64,000 nucleotides of DNA from an uncultured archaeon (GTDB taxonomy: Archaea > Thermoproteota > Nitrososphaeria > Nitrososphaerales > Gagatemarchaeaceae), in assembly GCA_963799775.1 (NCBI GenBank), contig CAWCYD010000003.1, positions 96,001 through 160,000 on the forward strand. The letters run 5' to 3'. Positions 31,248 through 41,145 of this stretch are shown here, one piece after another (positions within the stretch are counted from its first letter, which is position 1; the number at the start of each line of letters is the position of its first letter). The notes under the pieces are model-generated. The model saw nothing but the letters and a program-made list of their open reading frames with translations, had not been told where the DNA came from and made no database searches. Position numbers and translations under genes: made by a program.

Positions 31248-31850
31248 GTGACCGAGATTAGAGGCCTCAGGACGAGGTTCTGCCGCAACTGCGGGTCAAC
31301 GACACCCCATAGGACGCTCTACGTGAAGACCGAGACAGCCGGCCAATCCAGATGGTCGCAGATCTTCGGGCTCTGCACCGAATGCGACTCGCTGAACCGC
31401 GTGGTTCTGCCGCTCTACAGGCTGGTGTCTGTTCCATCCGAACTGCCATCACCGCTGGTCGCGCTGGTAGTCGAGGCTCTGAAAGCCGGCCCGCGGGATG
31501 GTCACGAACTCTTGTTAGATCTCAGGCGGAGACGGGACCAGCAAGTCCGGCACGTCTCCGGCTTGGATGTCGGGATGGCCATCGTCTACCTCAAGTCAAG
31601 AGGAGTTGTGGCAGAGGAGACGGTAGACCGGACGGCGTCGATCATGGACGCGCTGAGGGCGAGCCCCTGGAAGTCGAAGCACCTCGACCCGTGTCCTGCC
31701 GAACTTGAGCAGGGCCTCGCAAAGAAGAGCCTTGTCTCGGTGTACGCCCAAAGGCAAGTATCAGCAACGCATGTCAAAAGGGTAGGTTCTGTCGGCGTCG
31801 TCTGCCTTTCGTGTCCTTACTGCAAGATCGACCTAGAATCTATGATGTAG
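31248..31850 (+). CDS. Zn-finger plus wHTH-like hypothetical protein
   Basis: CRNC...CTEC at the N-terminus, LKAGPRDGHELLLDL helix region, C-terminal CLSC..C. Confidence 0.5.
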   Translation: MTEIRGLRTRFCRNCGSTTPHRTLYVKTETAGQSRWSQIFGLCTECDSLNRVVLPLYRLVSVPSELPSPLVALVVEALKAGPRDGHELLLDLRRRRDQQVRHVSGLDVGMAIVYLKSRGVVAEETVDRTASIMDALRASPWKSKHLDPCPAELEQGLAKKSLVSVYAQRQVSATHVKRVGSVGVVCLSCPYCKIDLESMM

Positions 31851-32142
31851 GAAGTGGATGGGCGATCGGTAGAGAGTTGCGGCTTAGTTAATACCCTCCC
31901 TCTTGGGTTTTTTTTGAACGTCTTCGACGTCTCTACGGATGGCTCCTGGTTCCTCGCTTCGTTGCGGAGTTCAGGGGAAAATGTGCCAGCATTAGCGCTT
32001 CTTGATACCGGGACCCCCCGACGCCAGCTAGATGAGGAAGCCGGCAGCATGACCCGCGTTCACCATCGTGCTCTGTTGAGTCGCAATTGGACACTTTCAG
32101 GCCTCCCCCAGCCCCCGAATCTTCCGAAGTCTAGCACTGACA

Positions 32143-32218
32143 GGTTCGAGGGTCGAACCCATCTCCATTTCGGACCCTGAGCTCGAGGGTCGAGCATTTG
32201 CGGGTTCGACTGTCGAAC
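32143..32218. promoter_or_regulatory. Three palindromic operator-like sites GYTCGA-N3-TCGARC
   Basis: 32143-32159, 32181-32195 and 32204-32218, upstream of a TTATAA box and the Toprim gene. Confidence 0.55.
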
Positions 32219-32283
32219 ATTGTCCTATTGCGGTAGCTGCCGTGCTTCATCGGTCGTTATAAGTGGTACAGGGTTAGGAGAAC

Positions 32284-33195
32284 ATGGGCACAGCTGCGGA
32301 AAGGGCGCAACCGGAGCAGGATATGATTGCCAGTCCCTACACCCTGAGAGACGGCATCCCGTCGACCAGGCGCGCCAGAGTCGATTGGACTCCAATCATG
32401 AGGTGGCTTCTCGACGAGATCAAGGCCCTAGATTACTCCCCCAGCACCCGCTGGTGCTTCTACAGGGTGATGGACCGTTACAGGCTCCCGAAGTCGGCTT
32501 GGGGAACCTTCAAGGCGACGCAGAGCACCTGGAGAAAGGGGGAACGGGAAGGATGGGCCCCCAACACCCTGTCCGACTCTGCCAGGCAAGTGAACTACGC
32601 CGGGTACGGGGTCGCTTCAGAGAGGGAATTCTACCTTCAGATGCTGGAAAACCCGCCGGCGGTCGGGATCTGGGACGACCTGCCGTTCTATCCAGAGGTC
32701 TGGTTCGAGGCGGAGGCCATGAACGGCCAGTTCGAACACCATGTGAGAAAGGCCTGGAGGATAACGACCCGCGCCTTCAGGGGCGACTACTCGATCGAGA
32801 AGAAGTACCAGGCGGCAAACGACCTCTTAGCCATGGCTAAAAGAGGCAAGTCGATAACCATCCTGTACTTCGGGGATTGTGACGCCAAGGGGAAGGTCAT
32901 CCCCTACAGCGCCCTCAAGGACGTCAAGAAATGGATGTATCAGTACCAGGACCGCGTCCAGTTCCACGTTGCGGGGCTAACAGTAGAGCAAGCGCACCGG
33001 TACGGCCTGCCGGAGAACTTCGAGCGGCCTGGGCAGTGGCAGTGGGAGGCCCTTTCAGATGCCCAGGCGAAGGAGATCATACTGGGTGCTCTTGCGCTCT
33101 ACCTAGACTTGGACGCATTGGGAGCCGCCATAAGAGAAGCCAGGCAACTCTGTTCCGAGTGGAAGGGGCTGGCATGGGAATTGCTCAATCATTGA
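32284..33195 (+). CDS. Topo VI-A/Spo11-like Toprim domain protein of mobile elements
   Basis: STRWCFYRV, EVWFEAEAM, ILYFGDCDAKG, GLTVEQA..YGLP, WQWEAL. Confidence 0.7.
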   Translation: MGTAAERAQPEQDMIASPYTLRDGIPSTRRARVDWTPIMRWLLDEIKALDYSPSTRWCFYRVMDRYRLPKSAWGTFKATQSTWRKGEREGWAPNTLSDSARQVNYAGYGVASEREFYLQMLENPPAVGIWDDLPFYPEVWFEAEAMNGQFEHHVRKAWRITTRAFRGDYSIEKKYQAANDLLAMAKRGKSITILYFGDCDAKGKVIPYSALKDVKKWMYQYQDRVQFHVAGLTVEQAHRYGLPENFERPGQWQWEALSDAQAKEIILGALALYLDLDALGAAIREARQLCSEWKGLAWELLNH

Positions 33196-33354
33196 GGCTC
33201 AAATCCGACCCTTGGCACTCTTTTGTATGACAAAGCGTGAGCTATCTTCTCTTTCCACCGAAAGGGCAATCCTCAAGCTTCCTTTTTGAATGGTGTCAGC
33301 AAGAGCGGACAGCCGAGGAGAAGCGCGAGAAGTGAAAGACGAGGTGGCGTCACA

Positions 33355-33832
33355 TTGACCGGCACGCGGCGGCCGAGGGACCACATACGACTGCCCGAGG
33401 GCTTCAGGCTGATTCGGCGGGAGGACATCGACAAAGAAATTCAGTTGCCTTGAGCCGCGCATGGACAGATACCCTCTCCGCCAATACTACGAATGGAGCC
33501 TGGGGCCTGACGCCTTGGTGATAGTTAGAGAAGTCGAAGGGCAGGTTGCTGGCGTTCAATACCTGACGGTACACAGCGGCTACATAATGTTGGAGATGCT
33601 CGCAAGAAATAAGCTGTTGCAGTACCCCGGAGCCGGCGGCGACCTTGTGAGGGTTGTCGAGCGTGTCGTGGCCCCCCAGCTCGACATCTCCGAGATTCGG
33701 ATGGAGGCCCTGAAGCACGTCGTGAGATACTACGACGACGTGTTGGGATACGAGGAGATCGGTAATGCTTACGAGGACCGTGAGTGGGGTCCGCTTACGC
33801 CTAAGGGGAAACTGTTGCCTCGGCGACCTTAG
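33355..33832 (+). CDS. GNAT-family acetyltransferase (toxin-like), probable frameshift near 33440
   Basis: RBS GAGGTG plus TTG at 33355; FSCLEPRMDRY N-terminal motif; LEMLAR..YPGAGGDLV..LEALK-like..YY..LGY. Confidence 0.55.
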
Positions 33833-34034
33833 ACTTCGAGCGCAGCGCCTTGGGGTTGACCAGATGAGCGCCCTCATTGGGCTCTGCGCGCACTTCTTGG
33901 ATGTACTTCTGGATGTAGGTGCTCTCTCTGAGGTGAGTCTCGACCTCTCTGGATACGCTGGTACCGCTATCGAGCGCAGCCCGGGTCAGGGCCGAGTAGA
34001 GCTCGGGGGTCATTGAGACGGTCGTCTTTATCAT
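33801..34034 (-). CDS. Ribbon-helix-helix protein
   Basis: KTTVSMTPELYSALTRAALDSGTSVSREVE. Confidence 0.65.
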   Translation of the reverse strand: MIKTTVSMTPELYSALTRAALDSGTSVSREVETHLRESTYIQKYIQEVRAEPNEGAHLVNPKALRSKSKVAEATVSP

Positions 34035-34523
34035 ACCCCGACCATACCGGGGTATTCCCTATAAACCTGTCTGCGTTCGGTTGTGGTGCCTCTTACGAAG
34101 ACAGATCTTGCAAGTTGGGGTGGTGCAAGTCTAGAGATACGATTATCATCCAACTAAACCTTCGGGGTCAAACGCAGAATAAGTCCCGCGGGTCGGAACC
34201 TCACGAAAGATTGTATTCCCGCGACTCGCGCATTTCCTCGATATTAGACGACGACGCATAATCATCCTTGCAGCGCGATAACCATCTAGTCGATGCCCCG
34301 GCCGGGTATCAGTCCGGCGTCCCGAAGTAAGGGATTTGAACCCCTACCGTCGCAGGGAACTGGTACCGCCGGGGAATTGCACCCGAAGATTTATCATCCC
34401 GCCCGGGGCACCACGATTCTTCCTCCGTTGATTTTCTTGGGGCCTGAATTGACACTATTGGAGAAGTTCGATAGGTCAGAAACCTTTTGACGTCCTGACA
34501 AAGTTTCGGTCACTCGAGAAATC

Positions 34524-34541
34524 TTAGAGATGCCTAACTTA
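34524..34541 (+). promoter_or_regulatory. Putative MntR/DtxR operator overlapping the mntH TATA box
   Basis: TTAGAGATGCCTAACTTA (TTAG-N6-CTAA palindrome) overlapping TTAAATA. Confidence 0.65.
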
Positions 34542-34572
34542 AATACCGCCGGTCAATCGACGGAAGTCGCGC

Positions 34573-35892
34573 ATGAGTGGAACCTCCAACAGGAGCCTCA
34601 AACCTCCACAACCAACTCAGAAACCGGAGGTAGCCGAGCACCGAAAGAACAACCCTAACATTTCCATCCGCGACTTCTTCACGTATTTGGGGCCGACTCT
34701 GATAGTGAGCCTGGCGTACATCGATCCCGGAAACTTCGGGACAGACATAGCCGGGGGATCCCAGTTCAACTACGCCCTGATTTGGGCCGTCTGGATGGCC
34801 AGCGCGATGGCGATGATTCTCCAGTACATGTCGGGAAAGCTTGGGATAGCGACGGGGAACAGCCTTCCGCAGCTACTCCGAGGTTCGCTGAAGTCCAGAG
34901 CCCGCATAATCCCATATTGGCTCGCGGCTGAAATCGCCATAGCGGCGACGGACTTGGCCGAGTATCTCGGAACCGTCATCGCGCTGAACATCCTCTTCGG
35001 AATCCCCCTCCTCTACGCGGCCATCTTCGGAGCCTTAGATGTCATCATCCTCCTTGCGTTGTTGAACAATCGCTTCCGCATCGTCGAATACTTCTTCATG
35101 GTCTTCGTTTCAGTGATAGCCATAGGCTTCCTCTACGAGCTCCTGAGGGTCGGGCCGAATCTCAGTCTGTTTGTCATTGGCTCGGTCTCCCCAGACATCT
35201 CCAGCGGAACCCTCCTCGTTGTCGTGGGGATAGTCGGCGCCACGGTCATGCCTCACGTCCTATGGCTCCACTCCTCGCTGACCTCGGCCAAGCTGGGCAG
35301 ATGGGGAATCACTGAGAACGACCACGGCCCGAAGAGGAAGCTTCTCGGGCTCCACCTGCGGGAGACCATCGTCATCTTGGCGATTGCCGGCTGCGTGAAC
35401 GTGGCGATTCTCGTTGTGGGGGCCGCTGCGTTCTTCAAGTTCGGATATACAAACATACAGCAGATAAGTCAGGCCTACGAAATACTGGGGCCTCTGTTCG
35501 GTTCTGCAGCTGCGGTTATCTTCGCGATAACCCTTCTTTTCTCTGGAATCGCCTCGTCGGTAGTTGGAACCTTGGCTGGGCAGGAAGTCATGACAGGGCT
35601 GCTCGGAATCAAGGTGAACCCGTATCTGCGACGAGTCATCACCCGGGGGATCAACGTCTTTCCCACGACGGCCTGCATCCTCATAGGGATAAGCCCCTTG
35701 GCGCTGCTCTTCTACAGCCAGGTCTTCCTGAGCATATTAATTCCTCTTCCCATGATTCCGTTAATCTGGTACACCAGCAAGAAAAAAGTAATGGGCTCGT
35801 TCGTGAACCGGAGAGCGACGATTATCACGGCGTTGGCTGTCGGAGGGGCAATAATAGCGCTGAACATTGCCCTGATTTACACCGCCATATGA
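34573..35892 (+). CDS. mntH: NRAMP family Mn2+/Fe2+ transporter
   Basis: AYIDPGN, GATVMPH, GTLAGQ. Confidence 0.93.
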   Translation: MSGTSNRSLKPPQPTQKPEVAEHRKNNPNISIRDFFTYLGPTLIVSLAYIDPGNFGTDIAGGSQFNYALIWAVWMASAMAMILQYMSGKLGIATGNSLPQLLRGSLKSRARIIPYWLAAEIAIAATDLAEYLGTVIALNILFGIPLLYAAIFGALDVIILLALLNNRFRIVEYFFMVFVSVIAIGFLYELLRVGPNLSLFVIGSVSPDISSGTLLVVVGIVGATVMPHVLWLHSSLTSAKLGRWGITENDHGPKRKLLGLHLRETIVILAIAGCVNVAILVVGAAAFFKFGYTNIQQISQAYEILGPLFGSAAAVIFAITLLFSGIASSVVGTLAGQEVMTGLLGIKVNPYLRRVITRGINVFPTTACILIGISPLALLFYSQVFLSILIPLPMIPLIWYTSKKKVMGSFVNRRATIITALAVGGAIIALNIALIYTAI

Positions 35893-36055
35893 CAAGAAAC
35901 TACTAGACGTCGAAAGTTCTTTCGAGCGCTTACTGATGACCTTTGCCTAATTATCGAGTGAAGAAGAGGCATGCGGCTGGTCGGTTAGAGCGTGCTTTGC
36001 GCTCTATCTCTCTAGAAGAGACTGAAAATGGGCTGTCAGGAGGCCGAGGCGCGTC

Positions 36056-36841
36056 CTAGCTGTGTTCTCTTTCCGTTAGCTCTGAGCCCTCGAAGACGAA
36101 CAACCGGGGTTTCCCGCCTTCCAGCCGCACGTAGGTGTTGTGAATGGGCGCAGTGGTTATCCAAGAGCCCGTGTTTGCGGCGTTTTCCGCCTGGTTCACA
36201 AAGGGCCTGTGAGTGTGCCCGAAGACGAGGACTTCGCCCGGCTGGACGGTTGAGCAGGCCTTCTTTTCCAGGCCTTTGAGCTTGCCCTGCAACCTTTCTT
36301 GGGGGTCCAGTAGGAGCATCTCGGTCGTGCGGCGATAGCTGTCCTTGTTGAAGATTATCGATAGGAGGTGCTGCAGATCGCCCTTGTCGCGGCTCAGGGC
36401 GGCCCAGATGCTCGTGTCGCGGTCGCCTTTATTGTCAGACATCCCGTGACAGAGGGACTCCATGAAATGCTCCCTCTGCATCTCGTCGAACTCCCAGCCG
36501 TGCATGAATCTGTAGCTCACGCCGTCCTGCTGCAGCGTGAGGGTCTTCAGGAAGTTGATCGGGTATCCCCTGCCCTGCAGCTTGAGGACGTGGAAGTCGT
36601 GGTTCCCCGCGATGTAGTAGACGCGCATCTTCTTCTGCAGGAGTATGACCCGGTCGATGACGTCCTTGTTCTCGAGGAAGACCCCCGAGGCGTCTCTCCT
36701 CCACATGTCCACGACGTCGCCGAGAAGGACAAGGTCAGTAACGCTTGCATCGGATTGAAGCTGGTCGAGGAAGCGGATGAACGCGGCCTTGTCTGCGGTT
36801 TCGATTCCGAGGTGCTGGTCTGAGACTGCCACGATGGCCAA
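36056..36841 (-). CDS. Calcineurin-like metallophosphoesterase (LpxH-like)
   Basis: VSDQHLG, LGDVVD, AGNHD, MHG, FGHTH, NTGSW; start inferred. Confidence 0.85.
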   Translation of the reverse strand: MAIVAVSDQHLGIETADKAAFIRFLDQLQSDASVTDLVLLGDVVDMWRRDASGVFLENKDVIDRVILLQKKMRVYYIAGNHDFHVLKLQGRGYPINFLKTLTLQQDGVSYRFMHGWEFDEMQREHFMESLCHGMSDNKGDRDTSIWAALSRDKGDLQHLLSIIFNKDSYRRTTEMLLLDPQERLQGKLKGLEKKACSTVQPGEVLVFGHTHRPFVNQAENAANTGSWITTAPIHNTYVRLEGGKPRLFVFEGSELTEREHS

Positions 36842-37064
36842 GTGAACCGGCCCGATGACCCTTCCCGGCTTAGATAGGTCTTCACATCGACTGCACGGGG
36901 TGCCTCGGAACAATACGCTGCGAGGATCAACCCAAGGTTTCCGAATCGAGGGATTCGACCCAGATGGTCTGACACCCGCCAGGGGCATCATCAATCGAGC
37001 AAGCGCGTCTTGGGGTCTATGTGGCTAGATGCGCTAGTCGGCGGCAGGTCGATTGGAATGGAGC

Positions 37065-37400
37065 CTAGCCCTTGAACTCCACGCACAGTTCCCGCAAGAC
37101 CCCCCCTAGGTTCCCAACGGCGTGGGTCTCGACCCCGTCTGCATCGGACCATGAAATCTCTCCCTTCCTCACGTTGACAATCCCCGACTTGCCGTTTTCC
37201 CTCATTGATCTGATCTTCCCTCCATTCAAGGAGTACGAGAGGCCCCTGTTGTGTGAGTGCATGGGAATCGTCTGCCCCCTCTTCATCGTGACCTCAATGA
37301 CGCGGACGACGTCGTTCTCGAATATCACTCTCGCAGACTTCGGAGCCACCTTGAGAATGTGCCTGGCCAAGGCCTTGGAAGTCTCTTCGGCTCTTCTCAT
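37065..37400 (-). CDS. Cupin domain protein
   Basis: FENDVVRV, PMHSH, THAVGN. Confidence 0.8.
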   Translation of the reverse strand: MRRAEETSKALARHILKVAPKSARVIFENDVVRVIEVTMKRGQTIPMHSHNRGLSYSLNGGKIRSMRENGKSGIVNVRKGEISWSDADGVETHAVGNLGGVLRELCVEFKG

Positions 37401-37593
37401 ATTTCAGGATTATCTGGACAGCTCTCACGTAGAAGGTAGGCCCGATGCTAGCGGCCGCCTGCGGTCTTGTCTAGCAATAATTCGTCGATCCCGCGCGAAG
37501 CAAGATCGCTCGCTGGGAATTTTGTCCTGCGTGTGCTGCTTCCAAACTGGTTCCATCTTGATGCGCGTGTGAAGCTGGGAGAAAAACTGAAAG

Positions 37594-38499
37594 ATGAAGG
37601 CGGAGCATAGAAGGACGAAGATGCGACGAGAAGATGAGGCTGCACTGGAGCCTATCGTGGCGCACGGTTCGAGGATGACCTGGGCCGGAATTCTGCGTCG
37701 CGGTGATGAGTTCCCTCCTGCCAAGAGATCGGAACTGGCTGTCATTACCGCGAGCTCTGGCCCGCCGCTGAGGCGATATTTTGGCAGGTGGTCAGGCGAT
37801 TATCGCAGGTTCACGACGAACCTTACTTCCGCAAAGATTGCGGTTAGGGTGTTGCAGCCTGGTGAGCGTCCGGGAGACGGACTTCTGTGCGTCGTTCATT
37901 GGGTCAGCCGAGGAGACATGCTTCGCACCGACGAAGGCGGGGTCTGTCACGGAGATGGATGGCCCGTGGAGTTCTGGAGCGCATTCGTTTCACAGTTAGA
38001 TAGTCTGCCACCGAAAACCGTGGCAGAGAAGCTTCGAAGCTTCGCCGACTCGCGCCTGCAAGGACGCAACAAGTCCGTGGCCGAGTGGCGTGCGCGACTG
38101 GAAGAAGGACGCGTGATTCCTCCAGGAGAATGGCCTTCCGTGATCGGCGAAAGTTTGATCCCAACGCCCGTGGAGCTAACGGCTGGCGACGACAGACGCT
38201 ATTGCATCGTCTCTTGGGCACCAAGCGGGCAAATCTACCGCAGCCTGTCTGAAGCCCTCGCCTCGCCGGAGGCGATCCAGAAAGGACCCGACCTAGCAAA
38301 CCAAGCAAAGTACTACTTGGAATGCACTCTTGCCAGGCTTCACGGAGTGAGATTCGGACCTAACGACTGGATCGAGGATCCAGCATATGAGCGCACGCGC
38401 GAGGTTCTCAAACTCGCAACGTCGTTCAGAAGGTCAGAGACGCAGCGAATCGCCAAACTGGGTTCGCTCGACCGGTTCGGCCCTTCTCCAGAGAGATAG
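37594..38499 (+). CDS. Hypothetical protein
   Basis: 301-aa ORF filling the gap between neighbours; no motif recognised. Confidence 0.45.
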   Translation: MKAEHRRTKMRREDEAALEPIVAHGSRMTWAGILRRGDEFPPAKRSELAVITASSGPPLRRYFGRWSGDYRRFTTNLTSAKIAVRVLQPGERPGDGLLCVVHWVSRGDMLRTDEGGVCHGDGWPVEFWSAFVSQLDSLPPKTVAEKLRSFADSRLQGRNKSVAEWRARLEEGRVIPPGEWPSVIGESLIPTPVELTAGDDRRYCIVSWAPSGQIYRSLSEALASPEAIQKGPDLANQAKYYLECTLARLHGVRFGPNDWIEDPAYERTREVLKLATSFRRSETQRIAKLGSLDRFGPSPER

Positions 38500-38572
38500 G
38501 ATCAGATTGGGTCTTCCTTCAGGTGCACCCAGAAAGATTTTATCCCGTGCCCAAAACGAGAAAGGGACAAGG

Positions 38573-39100
38573 TTGAGGTTTTCTGGACGGAGTTCCTACG
38601 ACCCCGATCCTGACTCTGAGTACCAGCAGGAGCCGACGATCGAGAGGGGCGTGGACAGCGCCAAGAAGTGGTGGAGGGTGCTTGTGGCGGTCATCATCGC
38701 GGGGGTGGTGGTGGGGTATGTAGTTTCGGTGAGCTACACGGTATATCCCTTCAATGTCGAGGTGTCCGGCACTTTCACCTCACCGGACGGTTCGCGAATG
38801 ATACTCGTCGACTTCGTCGAGTGCAGCGATCTGTCCTACGCCACGTGCCCGGACCCGAGCCAGACCCCGGTCGACTCTTGCGTCGCGCCGCCGGTCATGA
38901 ACGTAACGAACTATTGCACCGAGTTCTACTTCGAGCACACTCCAGGACACTACGATATTGTCCTGAAGAATGGCTATGATTACACCATGAAGGCATACAT
39001 GCAGTTCGCCAACGGGACGTTCGACAAGGTCTGCGCTGTGAAGGTAATCCTCTCCCCCGCTCTGACCACGCGCGACTCGACGCAGAACTTTAGCTGCTAG
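38573..39100 (+). CDS. Single-TM Cys-rich extracellular protein
   Basis: One TM (WWRVLVAVIIAGVVVGYVV) followed by a six-Cys domain; start inferred. Confidence 0.55.
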   Translation: MRFSGRSSYDPDPDSEYQQEPTIERGVDSAKKWWRVLVAVIIAGVVVGYVVSVSYTVYPFNVEVSGTFTSPDGSRMILVDFVECSDLSYATCPDPSQTPVDSCVAPPVMNVTNYCTEFYFEHTPGHYDIVLKNGYDYTMKAYMQFANGTFDKVCAVKVILSPALTTRDSTQNFSC

Positions 39101-39277
39101 CGCTTTCTCGCCCCTTTGCTCGCCCAGAACAACATGATCGAAGGGCAACTCCGCCACCCATAGATTGGGGCCCTGGCCGAGGTGAGCTCGAGTATGACCT
39201 TCAGGTGGAAAGTCACTTGGCGAGATGACCTTGAGCACCCAAACCTTGATTTTCCGGCGCGCGACCACCGACTGGAG

Positions 39278-40261
39278 ATGGAGGACATCATCTCTGTCGA
39301 GGACCTGGTAGTCGTCTACCAGGACGATACGCGGGCAGTCGATGGCATCTCCTTCGCAGTCAAGGAGGGTGAGTTCTTCGGGTTCCTCGGACCCAACGGA
39401 GCAGGGAAGAGCACCACCATCAAGACACTCACCACCCTTCTCAGGAAGACCTCCGGGAAGGTCTCGGTCGCGGGAGTCGACCTAGACTCTGATCCCGCCG
39501 CGATTCGCAAGTCAATCGGGGGCCTCACGCAAGAGACGAGCCTAGACGTCGACCTCAAGGGGAGGGAGAACCTCCGGCTCCAGGGGCGTCTCCAGCAGAT
39601 GCACGGGCGCGCCCTAGACGAGAGGGTCGAGGAGCTCCTCAAGCTGGTCGAGCTCGACAAGGTCGGGGATAAGGAGGCCGGGCGATACTCAGGTGGGATG
39701 AGGAAGCGACTCGACCTCGCCTGCGCGCTGGTCCACAGTCCGAGGATACTCTTCCTCGACGAGCCGACCACGGGCCTGGACACCCAGTCACGGACCACAG
39801 TCTGGGAGCACCTCGAGGGCCTGAACAGGAATCAGGGCATCACGATCTTCCTCACAACCCAGTACCTCGAGGAGGCCGACCGGCTCTGCCGCCAGCTTTC
39901 GATAATAGATCACGGAAAGCTCATAGCCGAAGGGAGCCCTTCCGAGCTGAAGGCGAGCCTGGGCGGGGACGCCATCGACCTGACGCTCGAGACGTCCGCG
40001 AGGGCGAAGGCAAAAGAGATCCTGAAGACGATTCAGGGAATCTCGGGCGTCATGGACTCCGACACCGGGGTGACAGCTTACGCAAAGAACGCGGGGGAGG
40101 TGATCACGGAGGTCGTCACGGCCCTCGACCGGAGCGGCATCCGCCCCTCGTTCCTTAGCATCTCTTCTCCAACGCTCGACGACCTCTTCCTCAAGAAGAC
40201 TGGCAGGCGGATACGGTCTGACGACCTGCAGAGGAAGGAGACCGAGGCGTTCCTGATGTGA
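39278..40261 (+). CDS. ABC exporter ATP-binding subunit (DrrA-like)
   Basis: GPNGAGKST, YSGGMRKRL, LFLDEPTTGLD. Confidence 0.92.
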   Translation: MEDIISVEDLVVVYQDDTRAVDGISFAVKEGEFFGFLGPNGAGKSTTIKTLTTLLRKTSGKVSVAGVDLDSDPAAIRKSIGGLTQETSLDVDLKGRENLRLQGRLQQMHGRALDERVEELLKLVELDKVGDKEAGRYSGGMRKRLDLACALVHSPRILFLDEPTTGLDTQSRTTVWEHLEGLNRNQGITIFLTTQYLEEADRLCRQLSIIDHGKLIAEGSPSELKASLGGDAIDLTLETSARAKAKEILKTIQGISGVMDSDTGVTAYAKNAGEVITEVVTALDRSGIRPSFLSISSPTLDDLFLKKTGRRIRSDDLQRKETEAFLM

Positions 40262-40271
40262 GGCGATCGGC

Positions 40272-41039
40272 TTGACCCTGCTCTACGACACCGAGTCACT
40301 CTTCCAAAGAGGCGTGACGAAGATGATCAGGAACCCGACGCTCCTTGTCACCTACTTGGTCGAGCCCATCGCCTTCCTCGTGCTCTTCTCCCAGATGTTC
40401 ACAAGGCTGGGCGACTTCCTTCCTCCCCACTCGGGAGGGTACGTCGCCTACCTCACCCCTGGGATCCTTGTCTTCTGCGCGCTCATCGCCTCTCCTCAGG
40501 GCGGGGTCTCTATCGTGAACGACATCAACTCAGGATTCCTCTCGAGGATCCTCCTGACCCAGTCGTCGAGGTCCGCGATATTGCTCGGGAGGCTCCTGAC
40601 AGACGTGTCCCTCGTCGTGGGAGAGGCGGTCATCACCATCATAACGGCGTCAGTGATGGGGGTGACAATCTCGTCTGGCCTGCCAGGAATCCTCCTGATC
40701 TTCGTGACGATCTCGTTCTTCGAGATGGCCCTCTCAGGCCTCTTTCTCGCGATAGGGATGGCCACCAGGAAGACGGAGACGCTCTCCGCCGTCTCGGGGT
40801 TCCTCTACCTCCCTTTGATCTTCCTCAGCACGTCCATGTTCCCGGCCGCGTTCCTGCCGGGTTGGGCCCAGACGGCATCCAACTACAATCCGGTCACCTA
40901 CATCTCGAACGTGACGCGTGAGCTGGTCTCCGGTGGGTTCAATCTCAACACGTTGGTCGAAGGCTACGCCCTTACGGGGCTCATAGCCCTGGTGACGCTC
41001 GCCGCGACCCTCTACCAGTTCAGAAGAGTCGTGAGCTAG
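40272..41039 (+). CDS. ABC-2 type permease
   Basis: Six TM, YLTPG, NPVTY; cotranscribed with the ATPase. Confidence 0.9.
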   Translation: MTLLYDTESLFQRGVTKMIRNPTLLVTYLVEPIAFLVLFSQMFTRLGDFLPPHSGGYVAYLTPGILVFCALIASPQGGVSIVNDINSGFLSRILLTQSSRSAILLGRLLTDVSLVVGEAVITIITASVMGVTISSGLPGILLIFVTISFFEMALSGLFLAIGMATRKTETLSAVSGFLYLPLIFLSTSMFPAAFLPGWAQTASNYNPVTYISNVTRELVSGGFNLNTLVEGYALTGLIALVTLAATLYQFRRVVS

Positions 41040-41145
41040 ACGCCGGCCCAGCATGCCAGTCGGACTCGAGTAGATGGTTAGGGGGATTCTAATCAGGTGG
41101 TCACGATTCCGCGCGGGGCATCAGATTTCTCAGCTCGTTTGCGCG

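Larger units (their letters stand above)
24735..34412 (+). mobile_element. Integrated element (~9.7 kb) at the tRNA-Glu 3' end
   Basis: Perfect 17-bp direct repeat ATCCCGCCCGGGGCACC at 24735-24751 and 34396-34412; tyrosine integrase next to the tRNA; accessory cargo. Confidence 0.88.

Noticed and set aside
35930-35995. Possible C/D box sRNA (TGATGA ... TGAAGA)
   Set aside because: No terminal CTGA D box at the expected distance.
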